Shown: piece by piece, positions 11,218 through 25,300 of the stretch
Layout of the letters: every line of letters starts with the position of its first letter
Numbering within the stretch: the stretch's first letter is position 1
Origin: Octopus sinensis
Taxonomy: Eukaryota
Length of the DNA: 64,000 bases
Assembly: GCF_006345805.1 (NCBI RefSeq)
Contig: NC_043013.1
Location: 58,528,001-58,592,000, forward strand
Reading direction: 5' to 3'
The notes under the pieces: model-generated
What the model was told of the DNA's origin: nothing
Seen by the model: the letters and a program-made list of their open reading frames with translations, nothing else
The model's database searches: none
Program-made: the position numbers and the translations under genes

Positions 11218-13648
11218 TATAGGGGAAACGGACACACAAACACACACACAGATAACCATAGTCACAAGGACCCGAATAAAAGTTGTGTCATGGGGGTCAC
11301 GATGGAGAATAAAGTTGAATGCAACAGAATTCTTGGACAGGGAGTCAGCAGACTTGAAACAGAAAACACTACTGGTAGGAACAAAAATAACAACCACAAC
11401 AGAGAGAATGGCAGGGACCAACAGACAGACATAAGAACCAACACTAATACGAACAACACCAGAAACAGGAACAATGAGAATATCACTAGCGATGATAGCA
11501 ATAATGGCAGTTGTAGGAATAACAGTAATAGCAATAATGCTGGTAGTAGTAGTAGTGGTGGTGGTGGTGGTGGTGGTGGTAACAGTAGAAGTAGTAATAG
11601 TTGTGATGGTAATAGTAATAATAGTATTAGTGGTGATAATGATAGTGGTAATAGTGGCAATAGTTGTGATAATAATAGTGGGGTTGACGATGGGAGCAGT
11701 AACGACAGAAATAGTAGTAACGATAATGAGGAAGATAACTCTACAAGGGCCATTAACATGTATACCAACCACTTTGACACTCAGTTCTTCAACATATGTG
11801 ACAAATCTTATAACATGAGCCGGATTTATCCAACAACATTACCCTTCAACAAAAGAGTCTACATCCCAAGTCATACTAATGACCACATGGAAGCACAGTT
11901 CACTATAGCTAGGACCAAACTTAGACAGATTTTAGGAGTATACACTAAGAGACAGAGACAGAATAAGACAGAGGCCCAACAACTCGGATTAAGCCTGCAT
12001 GTGGCCTACATAAGCTTATTCAGCGCACGAGGAACGGAGAGGTGGTATGCCTTCCCACGGATAAGTCCGGCAGGATGTCAATAGACAGCTTACCGAACTA
12101 CATCCAGGCAATGCAACCTCATATCGCCAATACGAAAGTAACAACTTTACAGGCGCATGAGGAGAGAGAAAAGGTCCTCAACGCCCACATGATGATGTGG
12201 ACAATTGTTCTGGGACCTCAGAAACGTACTGCAAAGAATTTCCAAGCCTGGAACAATGATATCCCGGCACTCTATGGACTTCGCAAGGACCATAAAATAA
12301 TTACTGACCCTATAGCAGGACCACCAACAAGACCAGTCTGTGGAGCGAATATCGCTAGCAATTACAGAATCTCCTGCTTCCTCTCAATGATCATACGCCC
12401 TATAATCCGGATGTCACCTGATGTTTGTGACAGCACAGAAGATCTCCTCAGCAGGATCAATGACTGTAACAACACTTGCGACCTGACAGGATGTCTGGTG
12501 GATAGCATGGATGTGGTATCCCTATACCGATCGATCGACGTGGATTTTGCGGTGAAGTGCGTGCAAATGATCAACGAGAGCAAGGTGGAGTTCCGCAATG
12601 TCAACACAGAGGAACAGGGCCTCCTACTTAGACTGACTTATGACAACGAATACCTAGATAAACATAATCTTAGTAGTTTCTGCCCCAGTAGACGTTTAAG
12701 AGGTAGACCACCCACAATTACTTCTGTGGCTAGGAAGACCCATACAGAGAGATGGAGCGGATGGACCAGAGCCATACGGAGCCCCGCAAATGTCCATCAG
12801 GTAAAGAAAATGATCGCACATGCACTAGGAGCTAGTATAAGAGTTACCCTAAAAGGCCACACGTTTAAGTTTAACAATAAAATATATGCCCAGGACGATG
12901 GTGATGTGGCCAACCTTTTCATGGTATGGTGGGACAGAAGGCTTAAGGAATGCCTAACACAGAACTTCATACTCGTAAACATGTACTCTCGCTATGTTGA
13001 TGATATCAACATAGTTGTAAAGGCACCCCTACTATTAAAATAGAAATAGAAACTAATACTATGGAGAGCATCCAGCGAATAGCTAACTCCATCCACTAGA
13101 GTATTAAGGTCACAATAGACTACCCCACTAAACACCCCAACCATAGACTACCAGTACTAGACAAGGAACTCTGGCTAGAAACTGTGAATAATAAAACCCA
13201 AATCCTTCATTCGTACTATGCTAAACCTATGGCCTCAAAATACTTGATCCACCGGAACTCAGCCATCGCGGACGATGCCAAATTCAATATTTTGATGGCA
13301 GACCTCGTCAGAATAATGAGAAATGTGTCATGCATGTGCGAGCCCACAGAGTTAAAGAGACACCTACAATATTTCATTCACCGCATGCAGTTCTCAGGTT
13401 ACAGCCATAAAGAAAGGATCAGAGTAAACAAAGGAACCATTAAGAAATTTGATAATATATTATGTAATAATAGGAATGTGATTTGCCCACTCTATAGGAA
13501 CAAGTCATGGAACTCTATGGAAAGGACAAAGAAGAAAATAGGGAAGGTCAACTCTTGGTATGATAGCTACAAATACCAGAGTGTCCTGTTCGTTGACACC
13601 ACCCCTGGAGGTGAACTAGCGTACCGCTTTATAAAGAAATGGAAGTAA
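10675..13648 (+). pseudogene. PLE reverse transcriptase ORF, copy 2
   Basis: Near-identical to copy 1, offset by 3901-3902 bp. It has an extra 1-nt deletion near 11987 (ctcggatt vs ctcgggatt) and a K>M change near 13334. Confidence 0.85.
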
Positions 13649-13722
13649 ATAACTATATAGGTTTTTTTTATTTAAATTTTTTTTAATTCTTAAATTAAAT
13701 TTTTTTATTATTATTATTATTA

Positions 13723-13761
<39 letters not shown>

Positions 13762-13852
13762 TATTATATTATTATATTATTACTAGTATTGGTGTTATAC
13801 ATACATACAAGCATACCTAATAATAATAATAATGATAATAATAATAATAAGT

Positions 13853-14273
13853 GGATGTAAACACATGAAGAAAATAAGAATAAACAAAAACAACAACAAC
13901 AAAAACAAATTACATGAACATATATAAACAGAAGATACAAATATTACAGGCATTCCCCCACATACACACTAACTATTCATAGACGCACATAGAGATATAC
14001 GCATGCGCAAATGAAGTCACATACAATAGAAATACGAAATCGCCGACGGTTAGTAAGGAGAGACACAAATAAGAAAGAAGAAAGCAAAGAACCACTGATG
14101 CGGTCACATGAGTGTGACGAAAGAACTCTGGCCGAAATAAGATTAAGATTAATGTAAAAAATAAATAACACTGAAGCAAAGTAACACCAAATATATAGTG
14201 CGTGTGTTTTATTGGCTAAACTGGCAAAATGACCATTCCGAAATACAACAATGTCTGTTTAAACACACGACTT
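13853..14273 (+). repeat. Pseudo-LTR 3 (terminal)
   Basis: Third direct copy; homology ends near aaacacacgactt, shortly before an (AT)n(GT)n tract. Confidence 0.85.
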
Positions 14274-14307
14274 CACATAAAAAATCTTGCACAACAAATA
14301 TGTAAAC

Positions 14308-14416
<109 letters not shown>

Positions 14417-15044
14417 CTGTATGAATATACATATAGTAAATCCACGCCCCAAAAATACAAAGAACAAACACAAGAAAAAACAACGCGAACACCTGGTAAA
14501 TGCCAAATATTAGCAGACGCTCAGGGAAGGAAAGAAAGATGGTTTAACGTTTCAAACACACACATACATACATACATACATACATACATACATACATACA
14601 TACATACATACATACATACATACATACATACATACATACACGCGCGCGTGCATGTGTGTAGTGTGTTCTCGCATAAATACGCATTCTGTTTATTACTTTT
14701 TTTTTATGAATTTATCAGTTGGATGCTGTAGCATTTTGCAGTTTATTTTCGAGAAAGAAACTCTACATTTTCCTTTTGCAAACCCTCTTGGACATTCCTA
14801 AAACTTATTTTTTCAATCTTGACAGTCCTACATCCAAGGACAATTTTGTCCAAATTGCTCTTTGACTTGTTAGTAATAACAGCCAAATGTCTATTTAGGC
14901 ACTGCCTATATTCTTTATAAAGCATAACATGAGACCAACCAGGAGTTCGTTGCCATATCCCGCTAACATTTTCACCTGTAGAAACCAAATCGTCGTCGTC
15001 GTCGTCGTCGTCGTCGTAGTAGTAGTAGTAGTAGTAGTAGTAGC

Positions 15045-15083
<39 letters not shown>

Positions 15084-15189
15084 TCTGTCGGTAGTAGTAG
15101 TAGTGGTAGTAGTGCTGGTGGTGGTGGTGGTGGTGGTGGTGGTGGTGGTGGTGGTGGTAATAACAACAGTAATAATATAAAATCGGTCA

Positions 15190-15545
15190 GTTACACGTCT
15201 GTCAAACAATTATATTTTGAAAAACTGTTTTGAAAACTGCAAGGATTGCAGAGATGGATATTAGAGTTGTGATGAACAACAACTGTAGAATCAAGCCATT
15301 TTAGAAGGCTCTAAAAATAGCAGGATTGCATGGAATGTCTATTAAAAGGCTTTCGATAGAATACCATGGTCACTGATACTGGCATCATTCTACTTACAGA
15401 GCCTTAAACATTTCTGAAGTATGTCCGTCACGCGACGACAAACTGGAAAAAGGGGCATGATATTCAGAAATGAAGGACCATTTATTAAAACCATCCATAT
15501 ATCTATAAGAAAAGGTATTTACCGAAGAGAGTCATTGACCCCTCC
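15190..15545 (+). mobile_element. R4/Dong-like LINE RT fragment
   Basis: Translation GY*SCDEQQL*NQAILE...IAWNVY*KAFDRIPWSLI, then ISIRKGIYRRESLTP. These are degenerate RT motifs A and B. Confidence 0.65.
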
Positions 15546-17170
15546 TACTACAATGTCACCTCACTCGGACCTAACTGAAAGCAACTTGAAGAATGAAATC
15601 CTGCGAAGTTTCTAACCCTGTGTTGATCTTTCCAGTTTTTGTTGTGTCCTTGGGTAGGTGACAGAGAACAGGACAATTTCGTTCCATTCACAACGTGCAT
15701 TCTAGGTGTTTCTCTACAAACAGCCTCATGGGCTTGCAATTATTGTTGGCCCTGTTCTTATGCTGTCTTTTTCATCCGTTTTTCCTCTCCTTCAGGAAGG
15801 ATATAGGGCAATCAAGTGTTCTTCATGGACCCAGGTATTGTATCGTCATCTGTTCCAGTATTTCTGGTTGTGATCGAAGTGTTTCTTATACAGAAGTATG
15901 GTACGATGCCTGAGAGAATAAGTGTGACTCGCCTAATTTTCAGGTTGAAAACCAAGCACATTCCCACGCATAGTAAAACAAATAGGGATTCGCATGTCCT
16001 ACAATTCACCGCACATGACATTCACTTACCCTTTTCTTCATTACTGAAGATCATATCATTTTTCATTATTGTCTTGTTAAATTTCCTGGGTAAGAAAGCT
16101 CTGGTTTTTGTCATACAGATTATCCAACCTGTCTTTGAATACAGAATGCAAAGAACCAGCAGTAATAATCATAAACATCCCAAGATTTTACTCGGCCGCC
16201 TAAAAATACGGAATTGCCCTGGTGTCGTCTCTGAGGCCCACTGTTGATTCACAGCTAGACGGGGGCATGTGGACAGGATTTTCTCAGCCCGACAATGTGT
16301 GTGGTCGATTCCTTCTATCAAGAGCTGGGTTCGTCAGTCATCTGAAGTATAATGAGAAATCGGGCTGCTCGTGAGATGGCTCAACGGCCACACGCAGCAT
16401 TTGTACAGAAAAGGGAAATAAATGTCAGATCTGTAAACGTTCCAGCTGAATAAAGAGCTGAGCAGAAGAGCCATATGGTTGTGCACATGGTTGTGCAATG
16501 TACAAGAAAGAAATGGCACTCTTCTAACAAGTAGTAGCAGTCAGCATGTATTTAGCTAAGGTTCTGCGCGCGTGAATGGATGTGTAAATTCATGTGTAAA
16601 GCTACGTGTGTGAGCGCAAGCTTATTGAATTGTGGTGCCCATAGAACCTGATTTGTAGATATTTGTATTTCTGATTAGATTCTAAATAAACACACAAAAC
16701 CTCTGTGTTTAGATAAGTCACGCCAACGAGAGACATTTAGTTGGTCAGCTGACTACTCGACGTGTATGTTCCTAGGTTTAACTTTAATTTTAAAAATGGC
16801 CTCCAGCCCTTTCACCTTAGTTTTATTGTCCTTTTCTTCTTTCTCTTCTCACCTCGCCCACTGCTTTGCCTCTTCTTCTTGGAGAGGTTCCATTCCATTT
16901 TACTTCTGTTACGTTTCCTCTTTTTATAACACGCTGTTTCTTTAAGCACAATAAAGAGAAAGAACTTATTTCTCTTCTTCGTGAATTAAGCCTTATGTAA
17001 CAGCCACCACAGTAATACTGTGTCGTTGAAGGATTTTTCACATTTTTGCCTCATACTGGGACATGATTATCAAGGGTTTAGACGATCAAATCGATCTCTC
17101 GACTCCTATTGTAAATTTGATATTCTATCAATTCTCTTTTTCCACACCCGGTTCTGAAACAAGACACACA

Positions 17171-17210
<40 letters not shown>

Positions 17211-17427
17211 TCACTCACTCACTCACTGACACAACTAAAGTAAAGACATTAAATATAGTATTTATATTGCAATTCTGTAGAAAATTAACGCGACGTCGAT
17301 ATTAAAACCTAATTTTTAGGGTAACGTGTACTACAATTAAAGTACATTTTAAAGTATGGAGAAATGAGTGTGTGTGAGTGTGTGCTTGTATATGTGTGTG
17401 TGTGTGTGTATGTGTGTGTGTGTGTGT

Positions 17428-17478
<51 letters not shown>

Positions 17479-18119
17479 AAGAGCACACGTAAAGCTATTT
17501 GACGTGTTTCGACATAGATTTCGTCCACGTAATTCACTCCTGATTATTGGTCACATCAATCTATTGTAGAAATCACTTGTCTACGTTGCTGCGCTGGGGA
17601 ACTGAACCCGAAATCAAGTGGTAACACAATGAGCCTCCATCTGACACAGCCACGCCTGTACGAGTTAAAATAGATGTAGCTGTTCATATGTGTGTGTGTG
17701 TGTGTGTAATATTAGGACAGGTGCACACACACACATACACACACACATATATATTATTAGTATGTATGTAAGCGTGATGATTAGATAGATAGAAGGAGAG
17801 GGACAGACAAAAAGAGAAAGAGACTTGGCTGTAATGTAGAAATGAGAAATGGAAAGAGAGAAGTTGGTGGTAGATGATGAAAAAATGGAGTCAACATTTC
17901 TCAGTGTTGCTTGTAGTGAAGTGCGCCATATTGCCAGAGAGACAAGTGAGATGATTTAGTAATAGTCAGCAATAAAACTTGGTGAATGTCCTGCTATTCC
18001 AACTGGAAGAGGACATTTAAATATGGTTGCATCTAATGTAAACCTCGTTCCACAAATCATGCAGGTCTCTTGGCATCACAATAGCTTTATGCATAACGTA
18101 TCTCTCATTCTCTCTTTTG

Positions 18120-18173
<54 letters not shown>

Positions 18174-18220
18174 GGGTATATGGAACGTCTCTCAATTGTT
18201 TAAGCAATCTGCCTCCTTCT

Positions 18221-18283
<63 letters not shown>

Positions 18284-18707
18284 GTTCGTATTTTGCTTCT
18301 GTTTTTTCTGTCTCTACCCTTTCTCTCTGTCAATGTATGTATTTCTCCCTCTCAATCTCTCTTGCTTAGAGTTCATATTCGCCATTTCGTTTACGATTTT
18401 CTCTTGCAATATATGTCTTTGTCTTATATCTTCTCACTTCCACCTCAATGTCTCCCACATCTTCCTCTCCCATTTTTTATTCTTCTCTCTTTCTGTCTCT
18501 AAAGTCCTTTAGATTTAGAACCTTTCTTTCTTTTTCCCTCTCTTTAAAAACACTCATACACACACACACACACACTCATATTTGTATATATGCGATGAAG
18601 CCACTTTGCCCGCGTCCTTTATCATGCTTCATATTTTCTTCTTCTTCTTCTTCTTCTTCTTCTTCTTCTTCTTCTTCTTCTTCTTCTTCTTCTTCTTCTT
18701 CTTCTTC

Positions 18708-18752
<45 letters not shown>

Positions 18753-18754
18753 AG

Positions 18755-19500
18755 AATTACATAAGAAAGGACTACACAATAAATTCCATGAAGCTGGAAC
18801 AGATGTTTCTGGCAAAAATAGATGGGATTGGCTGATTAAAGAAACACTAAAAAAGAGCCCGAGAGCACTATACTGGCAGCGCAAGATCAAACTTTGGCCA
18901 CGAACTGAAAGTTCATCCTTATGAATGAGCAAGTGTCTTCGCTGTGTCGCATCTGAAATAGTGGGTGAAACCATTGCTCATTCCATGAACAAATGCCCTA
19001 GACTTGCCCAAAATCACTACAAATTGGGGCGATACGATCAAGTAGCGAAGATGCTACATTGGAGATTATGCGAAAAGTGGGGTCTGGAGAGAGGCAAGAC
19101 ATGGTATGAGCACATAGTGGAATAATGAAATGTAAAATTTTGTAGGACTTTCCAGTTCAAGCGGACAAGATGTTAGAAAACAACAGACTTGATATTGTAA
19201 TCATAGGTAGGCAAAGCGAAGTTACTTACTTGTTGATCCGTGATGCCCATTTGATTCCAGGATCGTAAAGAAATAAAAATAACAAAAATAATACAATCCC
19301 TTAAAATTGGAATTGGATGCATTTGGAGCATGCGAACAGTAAAGGTCGAGCCTATAACAATTGATGCACTTTGAACGGTAAGCCAAAATATAGACAAATG
19401 GCTGAGGGAGATCAAAACAGAATGCCCCGTAGAGCTTCTACAGAAAGTTTGTCTCTTAGGGACCGCAAGGATTATCAGGAGGGTCCTAAGCACATGAAAG
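18755..19500 (+). mobile_element. R4/Dong-like LINE 3' fragment
   Basis: KGLHNKF...WDWL...; CLRCVASEIVGETIAHSMNKCPRLAQNHYKLGRYDQVAKMLHWRLCEKWGLERGKTWYEH; ends VCLLGTARIIRRVLST*. Preceded by a (TAA)n run. Confidence 0.8.
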
Positions 19501-20518
19501 CCTGGAGATGATGGTGGAAAAGTATCGCCACTATCTCCACCGTCATCTGCAGCAATAACACCAAGAAAAACATAATTCTATTTCTTCATAACTCTGTGTG
19601 TCAGTAAATGTCATTGAGCTTGATTCACCTGAAGTTAATGTAAAAAGGTGAATGAGATTAGTTGCAAATTGTAGTGGCTCTTTGCTTGAAGCATCTGTCG
19701 GTAAAAGAGTCAGAATGAAGGGAAAATAGCTCTTCTGTTGCTTTTTTTTTCTTTTTACCTCTGAAAAAGAAAAGACTTTTCTTCAAAATAGGGGCTATAG
19801 TGAGCTCTGGTTGATGTGCGTTAGGGTATGGGCTACATTGATCTTGGTTGAGCATGACGTAGCGCATTTCTTGATTTAAACCTGGGAATTTGATGGCAAG
19901 ACAAAGTTTGTGCCGCTGCTTTGACGATAGCAGGAAGGCCGGATTTACTCAGGCGACAAAAGTCGACCGTAGGAGTCCAGCGCTTGTTAATTGTAATAAA
20001 TGACTGCAATTAAATCTTAGATATACTACAGAATCGAATGGGATGAAGCAGCAGGTGATAAAATCTAAATATATCTGCTCAGGTGTTTCTAACTATCTGT
20101 CCGGTATTGACGCGACTTCCGGGGCTATGAATAAATATATCATCGAAAGGCACATGGTCATCTATAGTTTGAATATTTCTGTCAACAAATAACGGTAGAA
20201 TAATTTCGGGTGGAATATGACAAACTTCACAAGTTTGTGATCAAGATTTTGGACATAAATAGGCAGCATAGAATGCGCGTTTACTCGAAACTGAATAGGC
20301 CTTCCTTTACTTGCATTGCAATAGTAACCGGCTTAGCGAAAAGTTAAAAGGGAGCTAACATGGCGATCCTGAAAAAAAACTTTGGTCGAATATGGTGAAG
20401 AGAAACATTAGAGTAGAATTGAGAAATTATAGCAAAGACGGAGCTTAAAGCACGAAATAATCAACTGTTCTTAGAATCCTATCCCAAAAGGCCATGTTTT
20501 GGTGGCAGCGGGACATTT

Positions 20519-20576
<58 letters not shown>

Positions 20577-20843
20577 CAACCTATGAACTATCTACTTGAT
20601 AGTTTCCTTAAATTAGACCTTTTTTCCTTTTCTATCTTTATAATAATTTTTCTTGTTTTTTTTTGGGGGGGGGGGAACATTTAAATACATTTTTATTATT
20701 TTGTATAAAGAAAGATGTTTTTCGGTTTATTTAATATCATTGTGTGATTTTTACGTATTTCCGTTACTAGCAATCAGTTGACTAAGGCGATGAGTTGGAC
20801 ACCAAGAAAATAGTTTGGAACTAAATTAAGTCTGCGCTGAATT

Positions 20844-21032
20844 GGCAGCGATGAGTTGATGCCGATAAAATTGGCAGCGATGAGTTGATGCCGATAAAAT
20901 TGGCAGCGATGAGTTGATGCCGATAAAATTGGCGGCGATGAGTTGATGCCGATAAAATTGGCGGCGATGAGTTGATGCCGATAAAATTGGCGGCGATGAG
21001 TTGATGCCGATAAAATTGGCGGCGATGAGTTG
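20844..21032. repeat. 29-bp tandem repeat, 6 full copies + 1 partial
   Basis: Unit ggc(a/g)gcgatgagttgatgccgataaaatt starting at 20844, 20873, 20902, 20931, 20960, 20989 and 21018. Confidence 0.95.
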
Positions 21033-22038
21033 TCCGTAAATGCGGTACTTCATTCCAATGACAGAAAATTAAATGGGTGGAGTAACATTTATATATATAT
21101 ATATATAAAATAGTCTATTTACATTAACCTTGTGTCTCTGTCTTATTTTCTCTCTCTTTCTCTCTCTCCATCTCTCCCCTCTCTCTCTTTCTACACACAC
21201 GCACACATTCCTGTGGCTGTTCGTCAAACTCTACGGACACTTCAGTTGTCTCTCTCCCCTTACTCTCTGACCCCCTATAAGTACTTTGTCTTTCATTCCT
21301 GAATGTACATTTGCTTGCTTTTCTTCTTTTATATCCTCGAATCTTACTCATACACAATCACTCACTCACTCACTCACTCACTCACTAGTCTATTGTCTCT
21401 CACGTTCACCCAAACTATTTTGAAGCGTATTTTTTTTCTCTCTCTCTATTTATCTATCTATCTGTTTATCCCTGCACTTCTATTCCTTTAGTTACTACTC
21501 CTCCCTCTCTCCAAGTTCCCATAACCATGATACTCTCCCTCTTTCTCCCTCTTTAATTCACTCCCATACTCTACTTCTATCTCTATCGTTTTTGTCTTTC
21601 TCCCTCCTTTCTCTCTCTCTCTCTGACTCTCTCTTCCTCTTTCACTGACTCTATCCCCCTTCATATTTCCCTCATACCTTTCTATCCATCTTCTGCTATC
21701 CCTTTCACCTTCTCCTCCCCCGCATCCTCATCCCTCCTTCCTCTCGACTAATACTGATTTATTGCCGATTTCACACTTGTCACCCATTACTATTTCCTTA
21801 TTCACTTTTACATTCCTACAACAATCTCTCTAAGCCTCACTGCATTCGGCCTAAAGATGTTTGAGTTTTTGCTTCACAGCCTCTTTGGGTCAATAAGTGC
21901 TCGCCAACATTAGCAACGCTTTGCAAGTTTCTTCACTCAAAATAGAATGCTCTTCTCACACCCTTTCTTTCAATTTCCTTCTCTCTTTCTTTCACTCCTT
22001 TTCTCTTTTACTCATTTACACACACACTCTCTCTCTCT

Positions 22039-22089
<51 letters not shown>

Positions 22090-22206
22090 ATAATACATAT
22101 GTTTGTGAATGTGTATTTAGACATACAAACACATATATACATTTACAAAAATAGTTATATGTATATGTTTATATACGTCTGCGTGTCTATGTGTTTAGTG
22201 TGCGTA

Positions 22207-22271
<65 letters not shown>

Positions 22272-23524
22272 ACCATACACAAATTCTGCCTTCCTCCCAT
22301 CTTTTTCTCTCTACACATAAGTTTGAATGTGTGTCTGTGTATTTGTGTATAGGTGTTTATGTGTGTCTGTGTATATGTGTGTGTGTGTGTGTGCAGGTAT
22401 GTACTCATGTCATCTTGCTTCAGTCTGCAAGTATGTGTATGCGCTTAGCTCTCTTCCATCAGCACTTCGCTCTCAGCTCCTGATCTCCCATTTAGAATAA
22501 TTTGAGAGCAAACGAAGTTTAAAGTTCACCGACAAAAGTTTAACCTTTTCACCAACCCTCGCAGCTAATAGTCTGGCTGTGTACGTGTATCCTGCGTGCG
22601 TTTGGGTATTTGTAGGTATAGAGCTATATAGTCTGTTATCGTTTGTCTTTCACTTGTTTCAGCCATTAAAGTGCGGCCTTGCTGGGACACCGCCGTAAAG
22701 AAAGTTTTTAGTTGAACTTAAAGCTTGTATTCTAGCGATACATTTTGACGAACCGCTAGCTTATGGAACGTGAGCACACAGAGATTACCAAGTGGTGATG
22801 GAGGGAAACACAGACGCAAAGATACACACATGTATATACGATAGGCTTCTATTGAGCTTTCATCTGCCACATTCACGTGTGGGACGGATCCGTTTGTCGA
22901 CTGAGTCTGTAATGATAATCACCACGCCGCCATTCTTCAGTCGTGCAGGAAAAGCAGTTTTCGTTTGCCTGGTGGCTATGGTGAAAGGGTTTGTTTAGTG
23001 GACAAGGCCGAAAGGCATGAGGACAGATACATTCCTCTTTGGTAGAGCTCTCATTGACTTCAAGTTTCACTTGAAAAGGAAACTGTGAGTGGAGAGTGAA
23101 GTACTGTCCTCGAGTGAGTTCACCGAAAGGTGGGTCAAAGTTGCGAAAATGGCAAGAGTGAATGGTACCTCTCTAAGTGAAGACCTGTGAGTCAGAGAGA
23201 AGGAATTGGAGGGGGCACTAGCTCTTGAGGTTTCAGAGAAATCTCGGATAGTGGGATTCCTCGATTATCCATAGAGGCCTTCCTGTATCAGGAAGGTCAC
23301 ATTTCTATCATCCTCTCCGCCCTTGTTTTTCTTTACGTTTAACCTTTTTATGCATATGTCTCTTCTTTTTCAGTGTATACCGTGTATACTTCCTTTTAAT
23401 CAGTTCATTCTAAGTAAACCCCACACTTTATGTCTGTGTTTTTATTGCCCCCCTCATCTTTCGCCCTTGTGGAAAATAAACGAAATCATCATCATCATCA
23501 TCATTATCGACGTTGCACAGTATA

Positions 23525-24435
23525 CAATATCGTGAGATTGTTGATTTAAAATATTGTGTCTACCGGGGGTTTGTACCGTTCGTCAAGTCTCAACAAGGCC
23601 CTAAGACAGATGCGTGCAGTTCCAAGTAATGCCGACTTTTGCAATACATCTGGATTGTAGGGTATTTCTAAGGTTTCCAGTGTTTTTTCAGATAGCGTGC
23701 TATTGAAACCAATGCTCTGATGACAATAGGGATAACCTTTATGTTTGACTCTCGTAGCTGCCACATCATAACGATCTTAATTTTCAGGTCTTCCAGTATA
23801 TTAAACTTTTCTCCCCTGCTAATTGATCCCCATCTTAATTATTAGGCACTCGTGTTACTTCATCCTAAAGGTTACATATCCGGGCGGCTTCGGTGCTCTA
23901 ACACACTGTCTCTCTAGAAGTCAAAGTTCCAGAGGATCTTTTTTTCCCCTTTTTGTTCATTGCCTTTTCCGGTGTATGTTAGTAACAAGCACCTCACAAT
24001 CCATAATTATGGCATAGTATCCAATGGAGGTTTTGGGCTAACTTGTTGGTTCTACGCTTGTACTCTTTCTGCGCAAGATTTTCACAAGCACTAACAATGT
24101 GAGTCACGCTTTCGACCCTCTTCCCGCACATTCTGCAGAGCTCCAATGCACTTGTGTGGTATATATTCTTTTTTACTGTGTTGGGTTTCAATGTTTGGTC
24201 CTGGGCCGCAATGATTAGGCTTTCAGTATTCTTTTTTAGGTCACCCTTGTTGGGTCACCTCCATGATGCTTCCTGATTTTTTAATTTGTTGGTCTCACGG
24301 TGGAACTGACCATGTAATTCCATACCGAGTAGGGTTTCTTCTCTCATGTTGTTCTGGATTGAAATTTATTAGCACTCAGGTCGATGCAATCGACTAGTTT
24401 CATCGCTCAAAATGTCAGGCCTTGTGCCTTTAGTA
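23525..24435 (-). mobile_element. R4/Dong-like LINE 3' fragment
   Basis: CRMCGKRVESVTHIVSACENLAQKEYKRRTNKLAQNLHW (CCHC knuckle) and VLQKSALLGTARICL terminus. Confidence 0.85.
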
Positions 24436-24464
24436 GAATGGATTATTATTATTGTTAATGTTTA

Positions 24465-24650
24465 GGCTGCGGGCTGGCAGAATCGTGATATTTTGTCCAT
24501 CTTTACGATCTGAGTTCAAATTCCGTCATGGTCGACTTTGCTTTTCATTCTTTTGGGATCTATAAAAATAAGTACCTGTTGAGCACTGAAGTTGATATAA
24601 TTGACTTCCCCCTCCCCCGTATTTGATGTCCTTGCGCCAAAATTTGAAAT
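24465..24650 (+). mobile_element. tRNA-derived SINE, family C
   Basis: ggctgcgggctggcagaatcg...ctgagttcaaattcc...gtcgactttgc...aaataagtacc...aaaatttgaaa. Confidence 0.7.
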
Positions 24651-24759
24651 CCTCATCTTCTTCTGGGCTATTAATTTGTTAAAATCTCATTATCTCCTAG
24701 TATTTGAATTTGCTAGTTAGATGGAGGTTAATGTGATTTGTTAATACATTAATCGGAAT

Positions 24760-25300
24760 GAAGAGGTAATGCAATCTATTTAGAGGGATCTTCCATTCGG
24801 TCTTTTCTGGGAGAAAATGATTGTAACCTTAATAAGAATCCATCTAAATTCTTCCAGACTCTCCTAAAAGCTGCTGTGTTCTACCGTTATGTATATTTTG
24901 TAATATCTTATGATAGCGATCTCTAAAGAATTCGGTACATTATTAATTCCGGATATTCTTTCCAATTTCTGAAGCCGTTCAAAACCCACCACACCCTCTT
25001 CGCAGAGATCACTTCCAAACTTCTTGTTTTGCTGCAGAGTCCTCTAACAAGCTTTTATTTTTGTTATACTTCGATGTCTTTTCGAAAATGTGCTTCCAAA
25101 ATATCTTTAATTCTTCTTTTGTAAATTCTTATCTACTGAGGTTGTTACTGCGTAAAGATCTATAGAATTTCGATGGGATTACCTTCAAATGTATAGTTTT
25201 GGAGCAGCACTTTGTCGTTGTTGCTTTTTTTCTTCCTCTAATTCTACAATATCGTTAATCTGTTATTGAAGGTTGATATTTTGTTAGTTTTATTTTAGAG
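24760..25300 (-). mobile_element. R4/Dong-like LINE, region N-terminal of RT
   Basis: Minus-strand NYTFEGNPSKFYRSLR...EELKIFWKHIF, followed by NWK. This resembles the N.LF..NP.KFY..L/EE...FW and NWKxPG motifs of this clade. Confidence 0.55.

Larger units (their letters stand above)
5652..14273 (+). mobile_element. Penelope-like retroelement complex: inverted pLTR + pLTR1-ORF-pLTR2-ORF-pLTR3
   Basis: Two ~3902-bp tandem units carry a PLE-type RT and are bounded by three direct ~400-bp repeats plus one inverted copy. The complex sits between (AT)n tracts, which is typical PLE tandem/inverted architecture. Confidence 0.85.

Noticed and set aside
15545-16760. LTR retrotransposon remnant (143-aa ORF at 15816-16247 and an LTR-like stretch near 16560-16740)
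   Set aside because: No convincing integrase, RT or protease motif, PBS, or paired LTR.
20844-21032. CRISPR-like 29-bp repeat array
   Set aside because: The repeats are head-to-tail with no spacers, there are no cas genes, and the context is eukaryotic.
22860-23320. Coding remnant in a GC-richer block
   Set aside because: None of the frames examined gave a recognisable motif; left unannotated.
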